From IMG/VR virus record IMGVR_UViG_3300027791_000011: a stretch of DNA of 29,570 nucleotides; one strand, written 5' to 3'. Below, in pieces: positions 27,301 to 29,570 of the stretch; the stretch's first letter is position 1, and every line of letters begins with the position of its first letter. The position numbers were made by a program, and so were the translations under genes. The notes below the pieces were generated by a model that was given only the letters and a program-made list of their open reading frames with translations, was not told the origin of the DNA and ran no database searches. Source of the DNA: an uncultured virus (IMG/VR IMGVR_UViG_3300027791_000011). Lineage: Duplodnaviria; Heunggongvirae; Uroviricota; Caudoviricetes.

Positions 27301-28408
27301 ACTTAGGTAGTCCTAGTTTTTTTGCACCAATTCCAACAGCTAAAGCTCCTAACCCTGCTATTATATGCCCTTCAAATGTAGACATAGTTCCCGCTAAATC
27401 TTCTCCAGATTGATATCTAAAATAGTTGTCTCCGCCCAAATCAGTTTCTTTACCTAGTCCTAAAAGACCAGATATTTTACCAACAATTGGAATAGAAGAC
27501 ATAAATGTTTCCTCATTAAGTCTAGATTTTGAAGCTCGATTTACCCAATTAGGATTAACTCCAGCGTAAGTACCTGTCCAATCAGGTCTTTCCTGATCAA
27601 TCATACTTTTCTTATCATTAACTTGTTTACCTAGCTTAAGTACTTGTTTTTGAAACTCTTCATAAGTTTGAGGCTTATCTGTAAATATACTATTAACCCA
27701 ATTATCTGCTGTGTTTAAAAATGATAACGCACTTCCTTGATCCTTGTATCCCGCTTTAACATCTTCTTGATTCTTTTTAGCCATCTCATCAACAAACTTA
27801 CCCATAACGTCTTTGTTCAACCATTGAGATATATCTTTACTACCAAATAGTTGAGCATTCATATACTCATTAAAAGTATCATCAAACCCTTGAGATAGTA
27901 TGTCGTTAAAAGCTCCAGCTTTTATTTGTTCTTTTAATCCGGTTGCTTCAAGCACACTAAGTCTGCCACTCTCAGCCATATCATCAACATCTGCAGTATA
28001 CTTATCCATTAAATCTAGATAATTCTGATAGTTAGCTGTCTGATCTTGCAGCTTCATGATTCTGAATTCTTTTACACGGTTCCTATGGTCATTAAGCATA
28101 CTAGGCCAATCACCTTGAAAATTTGTTTGATATCTTTCAGGACTATCCTCATATGATACAATAGTAGGATCAGTAATACCGTAACTTACTAAAGGGTCTT
28201 TAAACCCACTAGTTAAATCTACTCCAGGAACACCTGCGAAAGGGCTATTACCACCTGAAGAGGATATATTATTTATTTGATTAAATAATATCTGATTATT
28301 TTCTGAGGCGCCAGTTAAATCTATAGCATCGTTAGAAGGTACAGAATTTGATTGGAGATTATTTTGATTTAATATATCCCCATTTTGAAACTTTTTAGTC
28401 TTGCTCAT
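9308..28408 (-). CDS. Giant (6366 aa) virion-packaged multidomain RNA polymerase protein of crAss-like type
   Basis: Single uninterrupted ORF with two-barrel RNAP motifs DAQG, GFRIPS and GSDFDVDSL, plus SF1 helicase motifs, two HExxH motifs and a PD-(D/E)xK motif. Confidence 0.9.
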   Translation of the reverse strand: MSKTKKFQNGDILNQNNLQSNSVPSNDAIDLTGASENNQILFNQINNISSSGGNSPFAGVPGVDLTSGFKDPLVSYGITDPTIVSYEDSPERYQTNFQGDWPSMLNDHRNRVKEFRIMKLQDQTANYQNYLDLMDKYTADVDDMAESGRLSVLEATGLKEQIKAGAFNDILSQGFDDTFNEYMNAQLFGSKDISQWLNKDVMGKFVDEMAKKNQEDVKAGYKDQGSALSFLNTADNWVNSIFTDKPQTYEEFQKQVLKLGKQVNDKKSMIDQERPDWTGTYAGVNPNWVNRASKSRLNEETFMSSIPIVGKISGLLGLGKETDLGGDNYFRYQSGEDLAGTMSTFEGHIIAGLGALAVGIGAKKLGLPKSVTGRLLTKTAQLGAIGSGLAYSREAEGSMELGESYWRKVDAEIAREQDKLGRLLNDEEKREIRVASMDGMRDMRIKNRMLVGNDMAQFALTWFALKGFSRTAFGRNFVNKGAYARLNATYPGRMGINAARYGTFVNMNRQMEGWEEGQQWKWSNDFLSGYSSNHGVMDLAGDFWSDGKEVAKAMMPHSMHDMVGANPDIYNNHAFKEAVQSGRDMGTMMVAGPRLGRGIMDYNRFRQAVTSLGKDGEAFDAEIDTKVKAADMFKHFKNGTVKHLLSAIYKSAKEGLMTEQEAEQSIDLISDAKEQYDMWAGQKRFGESIYTSEMQDQLGMSGRKSIAKSLGGVKPLNEMEQFELFQNAMQVARLKKSLTTLNDDKQSWLENQEEQSESWLESDFMSQEEKDQVRNTLQEKGLGETPFDLKIKESEQELKSLQLESIDLIGDKNMLTMGAHGIQTVNRKRYEALNKYEVDSEGNPELVSGIMFEIAGLERLKTEGKLTPEGESELKALKQEAEMEQYEMIVETSEVKRLRKQQKLKRSLALFNASTISQLMTENPRGNLGTILEEMLDRNIKIDNITLDEVSKLQRYYHHYSKQMQASLQEAQGQKFMLGADKMTTEKVERLKTLRKFKEEGSITGEQEKELATLANEAEKSFQINKLQEAIDGQQEATNDAQKTSELIKKFRNRRDNDGGYSQFLMDDSEFGELTDDQYKKMVADQFIFDNLEYIQSNVEANETFSDQNIVERALKGLKKLKNIFTLRDREQNPWITDELLTQIDTNIDKLEEYLTVVTDRVNDRTREQYIYENDVFNSLMDVIGFDFENLEAKTQMAEDVERAIGSENVIKWREDIKSGKLSDKHAAALLLIQMALESKIDTNISSLKKDIDAQKKAIIKNEALKRVLKITGRTEKSIQPNIDEYMAAPRNQFSFILNLLMDVNDSATGLDDQGAYQEFTVHKNLHKFLRDVQKAEERPEDKTLTKDELVGLIQDQISLEGKMGVYEYINSDFRIDAQIASEFATSQNAPQGAYPSKQQVIAIRNLVQFIKSTPKISEDNLYSAWVYLKSPAGTGKTKVILPWMLSTSGIGLEDVLAIGHNDHSSETLASALGKEKPFTIPMFLDLATNNGVSDDIKLLMIDEVAGIDDITLENLGQAVAKINSERSKDNILKVVVTGDPNQITADYSGQYAPIDAVTVEIVTPISTVYRTDVAAITNFQDLFRGKTHDVAGSKIDVKMNATNPYGVRKTDEVIGVWGTNTSEHKLKENIIRRLRETTTEDKKTRAIITLPENIEHYQELLKEAMIEGVEVLEVTEAQGRSISEVYVDLPKDPKYFKDNRSYNRAIYTASSRAERFLMIGNLDIKNHADLNLGLASGRTSEQLIERGKEYLTEVQGNLDWVKAHGKELNYSDPGALSKEEEDMVEDTNLEEEGINETIETKIDKVEEVELTDEVEEASEEDQQDIEAFTNTVEEVEEWSEHTQQDFEDLYEGEELLLGDNQKHLDNNEFHLLRFPEYASVKGYYSKDSNGLPVWHGENIEGTEIANIAARSEDGKGAKVLIVKAKVQKKDAKGKMKIVEGLVLITRAKDMNGFEVSYKQTRGLYQRVAVLGEGEIDKISFLKDTEKAELKRVLADKNASIVKFDSVARGILASPDGTTSRDIDGIALLDDVYIRGRQRLNYEYAGYEDQDRKFYTRVPASEFVTENKNVVENMISQFISDFYSDYQRPANSSALLKSKVRVYTDSDIKNNVDNIKQAQYKVKAGVPYLVLDNVETEGTQGKAKKQFVQMRPRKISSQIQEDYQMYLAPIEEFVETVERIQDMTGLIMGTNEFREFMKSQFYPEAGNSDKKSRYEGKSWTSIKQQIWLSMPQKIDPNSEEGQILEQLRAKANDLHETQVEYKGEVRKQTGRAQHAIHLLAKANSNLAIMQKIDGKNVRMGKGLFSMGGKFQWNLDSLRQWFVEQDSQGYLMSGIRIPINLKTFRYGEASKAFNGQDEVSTNRKEAGLNLENILVRVHPTSISIERGTEQSPRLEDSSKRKTKEKTEDKTRRKNVNGRGRSRDFMDNFGVQDLKGNKVSNKKAKEILGQLMPDLFTKNGRAKLLTYNDGKNVTTGFEILSALELIKRTGAEPNTLGRFMNHVIYLVNDGSGVYENVIRHEVGHKVVAHYLTEGERVKLFQAAREHFAESGRLRKLTKELRELRVISEQESIIQKMSGDTFQEYTTEAEMQAIENQIRMLRDKAKFLDTNLYSDEMIEEKLFRDFMILDKDTSISATLRKYIKKILKFFGIVNKNVTEIDKFFQNIDNGYFSDFKGEINVEAPTRNFQDIVKDFGSVSVYRVAKKRFLMAYHDLLYNDSKEGQEIDGDFYINPALNPEEALKETVEIFREEAAGFLQEGETVADLKGWESDLYKAFSALSKTSILRSLHNELYRKKVKTLYEESSERFEDTEVELSNVDLRDHILSAKGKDSVNSLRDHTLDFINSVSYKVGDETKMVGVRNGYFRLLQLFYGMDMDMTQEKMVTYIDAKFNKLGGAKNLAGLAVKDAVIDLINKAHTTDYNFKSLPTNIQFYDEDLFLLSKDDTINISKEYNPKVQSNENVIAIKRRRQGSAMESSSEFWGRIMKALKDNKIEVEAGGLHALYIKEIASKALRNIYNNTANKREEKLKVGQYRSDYNAEQQTVITKFKWFLRKTFGNQATIEQKIESFIEQSVPQLKKKLITTKLLKKIQKNPAEGIEDFFNIIKFPFDNHVINASKGSEIAIALKFFLTDLNTIGDKIKDVQEIEDAKGNIVEKKITREKTLEDVINDHSTLFDLLSSSLNATDSRAKSQSIRNIEGNVVHKYHDSSFGDEVIISLADNVKPEHLQKKAAGYESFYKYNIFVGDTDVKNKITSIQDLDGIEDANNYSSPRLYKRESKPEWLERNFTYMFLTGLKSTGSNFISYDQQLYTISDKPSPVGATVRVLSKEQVRDAVAAIVNQHDAKSKSTKKIHTSSEQRVRNEEGFLVGKHNASHAIMFEDILNNGKSSSQRTKDILKAINEHTLETLNYITENNIKLPQNLISIAKKLTDKNVLAPLGLDIGLAMSEGVTGKDMDAQQEVTSEMALSALVSTFVQNYAVNSFFLNQLVVGDQGAFKNEYDLIKRMSIVFAPGTAGTINQNFGMKEKFKVAVMEDPKGSAFDYLTQREYNKLQDDLKNIHGITFDLADAQGLMTPERAADIMRGFPGLNLGKVMKGVYAKVDNNGILRTMKYSSIVLSDELISKQPKLKKVLEEMRKNEVDETVFASGFKNGQPLVLSKHGYKTIVNVNGNNVVTKTSTRDFNPIIHTDSIVELSNKGFRIQLDPIADVNALVANMSQLTYLINTNGNNRTEAAEYYKVTSEIMEMGLHNFLGELGLLNASGQVKTYRDVKNKESVRSKVRSRVLASMKALESGQKEAEMLNAKVTTQKGNTFVTENAVDLNFPGLVNKVVSTLSSQFSKSTVSFRLPGSKLVLQSSYGIDIYQTTEGILTYDDLVNRAEAEGVTLSAMKRQLNAKERELKHITGSKPYVEVIMPAIYREQIPIGSDVYQKTDQGNILGFRIPSTELHSAIALRVVGFYDSSETNVIITPKEVVPLHGSDFDVDSLFIIRRAIMMDKDKNGRYIYATNAEGLVDALDPSNILIPIDRELNFEQAEHIEGLITADLLNQTLDKNQIKALNRNLKKIQEIKLAAKKNRLLEIYLDVIQADKNRMSMMTPISLDLINGQENSVFSDFAKKLGVQVNELLPTKNLMLPLDESHMHQSNKDGAQLVGQFANLMKAMAYMFSAGEQVMAKDYKGRKRFTNLTPKLVDSNGNDISFNIDDVDYGQFHRYEISKNSSGKIVKSDYTIWQTLDMFINAAIDNAKEQILYILNINNNTGSELALMIGFGVPLKTATNIVSQPIVRQIGTSNKGQYQAMISARSALKNELLEKGMTEAQYEALSNKDVKITSSKLNKSFDKKNNKIKELSDLTKNELIFQHQVLRLFNTLIIPAKNLNTISRELNILKKLPGTFNEIASSKEAWEQITGETEETTEYISNKGEGIQFTIPQFLNRNPHIRSAIKSVSVLHDLIGAMLPKHAPQLVDFSNKMINGYSVEFGETPHSVSEYVRGEFTKYLAASYYNTDQQETTEYLSYGSKKVTIGGIDAFNETLIDQIKNHEDKNTNGFLSNLLIVKRKSGLRYMKYSNAAGLNVEEIHGIYEQFEKLSPNLKEDIVKYATLNEGLAFGASNITMVLNPTYLSKVDTAINTLARKFAYTDKGVTQLNNLRTDFLIQFALNNYKTLPSHYKIDSSARTETTKSSIVDFGGVESLGESQILYDIKTSKDLRSNPPLLMSNQKNGAVYIRVYMDELEEGGHAYYQKVGDGQEAFSTSKYTSDKTVGDLPYDHSVYFRKDVLTRAIENLFTEEGEIKQEIIYTPRNNKKIRGVQDGGNMILRTYDDHTRKRAVMYNVLGIVDNWGKDTVKKIAQLEEKINSSKTDKTIEKYNKQLDDLLDKTTKKSKNRYDYILGQPASLHLVEPTTETIEDINETPTVDIKQQKIDKFAQEQDQETVPKQIMENILKKLQARFGIEYKIENDKNLLFKGKFQDGIAVVNLAYATLDTPFHEIAHPWVASIRKSNKPLYTNLRNAILSEGNILNGVKRRYPELSEEDQIEEAIVEAIGKYAGKAITNTGSVLFKVIEKLMKYLKRVWKQFMNKDYIIKPGDLNATTPLNILGYYMAYGESKIMTSESDFMSSTGISIQKIMADMSTKENISTTENMTTRYQKMEEESGTDQTKMSSPVDIIKELKDTAAQELLNLSPDQKTYAGRDGKYERLTNDIQKNFGNDPDKVNSESIANSIFENYKKSLETDKVTLNGVEYTYTELVSYFNKNAATASAYGSVAHKIMQINLAKRMVDQGKETEATIAKLRAEQQELMQAKGDQDEIHQYQVNWLEQVKDIYIKMLGITDSDNISAELMLHSPIMGVATQIDVLVQKPNGTLHMVDYKSGSRFYSSDTYAEYMPFADGATSDIYNTKLNRAKLELTMRAIMIKEHSPKAKFSKIIVHHLDRSNLKQEPEQVNLEDFLPIIGEFYKRTNSDIYNKLKTKGLLDFRNYLAKDENITKDIFIKGAAMPIKERIEYYKMQAELLSNRLSMNESTNPTRDEKDLRELTDELMKTQQSSKGDLDGSENLGVFKQWVGMLWNIGSKRIQTYTKMWGDHHDSFMKDRFNEQAAFRQYVENIRSEYVASRSVKGAVAMVTARQINLLNMRDMWSFYWVYRDSGIQNSPGYYAKTVAEAKKEFKDGKLTQAQHDIILYMHKRQNEEFSKVTTKTAYVDKYGYKQDVGTMLNLKNRTDVTKEGKLTEYFAPRLPASGAEILERYENDSTISKTGKRARDSFRDWKRRNLSFYYEKVYQEDYVTAGNLIPIQFLGNSSVISSGEHSFDVERMHLEFMNSLFKKNNMDPALAFAQGLKGWYSFRKIAKLGTKAGRNFKRFEAFMEKEIMLNILNRKMIDADWASQDLTVENPFNVDENGIPKKYKINLYQAMMAMKDLRTGVALWLRVGGGTFNGAIITMYTLAAGMKGSIAKRVGVPESAIDFSMGDIRFGMREVRKYFGSQITGTRHKNKLYNLMNRYNYLPDNYDYAIDKSDLRALKNPAFRYGNLFFFHAIHEEWGHAVLLAAQMKKMKHTDGSSIWDNYDNKGNWLEYKIDKNTGKKKYNARFVKKDAGGLETVVTDLTTEEIQRMYNVSTLLHGGYRRHERTMMEAHALGSWFLQFKKYLPSLLASAWQGKQSSQSLGWYENWHDGNTEVYNGLVDKNGNRPENLQTITTTDAAGNQITSELPAMEWTNAVHRGRAYVVLGMFARIISLGKTGDRFAWSELSPRDKEGAIDFLTKAAMLTFIMQLSLAVAEGDGEEEEFYGQKLQFLASDMMQGYNPLEIARTAKLPFATVQMAHDFSASFMEVMGNGIIGGERTRDGQIRGLKQLSKNVPFWSVQYELNRYGLIK
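12100..12850 (-). other. PD-(D/E)xK (RecB-like) nuclease domain within the giant ORF (approximate bounds)
   Basis: YGSVAH, SAE, ATQIDVLV (D5349, 12362-12364) and MVDYKSG (12314-12322). Confidence 0.7.
13180..13620 (-). other. Zincin-like metallopeptidase domain 2 within the giant ORF (approximate bounds)
   Basis: KGKFQDG...VNL...DTPFHEIAHPW (HExxH at 13448-13462, aa 4983-4987), followed by EEAIVEAIG. Confidence 0.75.
15500..18000 (-). other. Two-barrel (double-psi beta-barrel) RNA polymerase catalytic core within the giant ORF (approximate bounds)
   Basis: DLIKR...APG; DAQG (D3566, 17711-17713); K..Y...KYS; RIP (R3939, 16592-16594); metal-binding DFDVD (aa 3978-3982, 16463-16477); AAIDNAKE and SQP downstream. 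These resemble crAss-like virion RNAPs such as phi14:2 gp66. Confidence 0.85.
20400..21100 (-). other. Zincin-like metallopeptidase domain 1 within the giant ORF (approximate bounds)
   Basis: GRF...IYL...VIRHEVGH (HExxH at 20843-20857, aa 2518-2522), with downstream EEKL as a candidate third ligand. Confidence 0.7.
23240..24220 (-). other. Superfamily 1 (RecD/Dda-like) helicase domain within the giant ORF
   Basis: Q-motif-like PSKQQ; Walker A SPAGTGKT (24095-24118); Walker B LMIDE (~23897-23911); motif III GDPNQ; motif IV VYRT; motif V EAQGRS; motif VI IYTASSRA (~23267-23290). Confidence 0.8.
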
Positions 28409-28416
28409 ATTTAGTT

Positions 28417-29570
28417 TTATTGAGTTAACATATTATACAGATTGTTCAGCTTGGTAGTTCGTGCTTTATCGTCCATCTTTTGAGAAACAGCCATCTTAAC
28501 TTGGGCCAAGATACCGTAAATATATTGAGTAGATGTCATATCTTTAGGGTATTTTCCTTTATTTTTTAACACTTCAAACTGAATACTTGCTTCAGGGATG
28601 GAGCCTATAATACTTTGAATAATCCTATCATCATTACTACCTTTTGTTATATAAGGTCTTATGTTAAACTCTTGTAATTCGTTACCACTCAAATAAGGTA
28701 ATACTCCATCGTTAGAATAGTTAGCAGTCATTATTGTAGTTGCTCTTTGAAGATCTTGATAGTACCCTACTTGATTTTTCATATTTTCAGCCGACTCTGC
28801 AGCATCAGTTGTTCCAATACTTACTCTATCTTGATCAAGAGTTTCTTGTAGTTTTGTATTAACTTCTTTTGGCATCCATATATCTACATAATACCCTTCA
28901 GTTTCTGTAGCGCTGCTTCCAAATCTATACGTACCTCTTCTGTATATTAAATCATTTGTTCCAGGATACTTAAGTTCATCTATATCTACCTGACCAAATG
29001 CAGGTTCTCCACCAGGTAAGAAAGAAAAGAACTGAGCACCAGGTTGTCCTACACCCCCGCTTTTATCATTCCAACTACTTTGTGCCTGTAAATCTACTTG
29101 ATCCTCTGTATAAAAATGAGGAACTTTAGTATACAATGTAGTTACGCCTCCTTCATTAACTTTTTTTATTTCTAAGTCTTTACCTCCTGGAACTTGAATA
29201 CCTCCAGACATGTCCCAATTATACATCATACCCATAGACGCATACAATTCATCTGCCTCTAACCCACTAACAGATTTAGTGAATTTTTCTATATCTGTTA
29301 ATAGTTGCTCTTTATTATTACCATATGCTTCTACAAACCCTGGAAGAGTTTTAGCTAACTCTGCAGCTTCTGCTTGTCTACCAGTTTGTATTAAATTAGC
29401 AATCTGCATTATTTCCATAACTTTAGTAGCTTTTAAGTTATCATTTAGACCTTCAAAAGGTTTCCATCCTGGAGTTATTTCGACACTGCCTGAAACTTCA
29501 TTAAGAAATCCTAAGCTAGGCATAGCAGCAAAACTCGATAACAATCTAGTACCAGAAGCACTAGTTGTTC
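28417..29570 (-). CDS. Partial hypothetical protein (5' end outside the window), probably a virion/ejection protein
   Basis: The frame stays open beyond the track's TTG at 29544 to the window edge (TTSASGTRLLSSF...). It ends 8 nt before the giant ORF's ATG and has no Cys in the visible part. Confidence 0.7.
   Translation of the reverse strand, partial: TTSASGTRLLSSFAAMPSLGFLNEVSGSVEITPGWKPFEGLNDNLKATKVMEIMQIANLIQTGRQAEAAELAKTLPGFVEAYGNNKEQLLTDIEKFTKSVSGLEADELYASMGMMYNWDMSGGIQVPGGKDLEIKKVNEGGVTTLYTKVPHFYTEDQVDLQAQSSWNDKSGGVGQPGAQFFSFLPGGEPAFGQVDIDELKYPGTNDLIYRRGTYRFGSSATETEGYYVDIWMPKEVNTKLQETLDQDRVSIGTTDAAESAENMKNQVGYYQDLQRATTIMTANYSNDGVLPYLSGNELQEFNIRPYITKGSNDDRIIQSIIGSIPEASIQFEVLKNKGKYPKDMTSTQYIYGILAQVKMAVSQKMDDKARTTKLNNLYNMLTQ

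Noticed and set aside
20756..27970. Identical 12-mer AAGTCTGCCACT (peptide AESGRL) at 20756-20767 and 27959-27970
   Set aside because: A single 12-nt match in ~30 kb is expected by chance and has no flanking similarity.
9308..28408. Inteins or self-splicing introns inflating the giant ORF
   Set aside because: No Cys and no recognisable intein splice-junction or LAGLIDADG/HNH blocks were seen, and the frame is uninterrupted.
1..29570. Stop-codon reassignment (TAG or TGA recoding, known in some Crassvirales)
   Set aside because: The standard code gives dense, intact ORFs including 19 kb without a stop, and TGA terminates three genes. TAG is not used as a stop in the main genes, but no gene needs TAG readthrough, so there is no positive evidence.
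1..29570. CRISPR array, tRNA, rRNA or IS/integrase
   Set aside because: The window is almost entirely coding with spacers under 100 nt; no repeat-spacer pattern, cloverleaf or transposase motif was seen.

Overview
AT-rich (roughly 30-33% GC by eye) fragment of a crAss-like (Crassvirales-type, probably Bacteroidota-infecting) phage genome, covering the junction of two convergent gene blocks. The + strand (1-7239) is a tightly packed DNA metabolism/repair block: rIIA-like GHKL ATPase (probably 5'-truncated), spore photoproduct lyase inserted between rIIA and rIIB, rIIB, 5'-3' exonuclease, a hypothetical protein, a divergent uracil-DNA glycosylase and an Nmad1/DUF1599-like protein. It ends at a bidirectional intrinsic terminator (~7304-7337). 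The - strand carries a partial virion/ejection-type protein, a 6366-aa ORF and a 655-aa Cys-rich protein with a DUF1566/C-type-lectin-like domain. The 6366-aa ORF is the most striking element. It appears to be cysteine-free and joins, in order, an N-terminal hydrophobic/helical region, an SF1 helicase, a zincin HExxH domain, a two-barrel virion RNA polymerase core (DFDVD), a second zincin HExxH domain, a PD-(D/E)xK nuclease and a hydrophobic C-terminal region. All calls come from motif recognition by eye; no searches were run.
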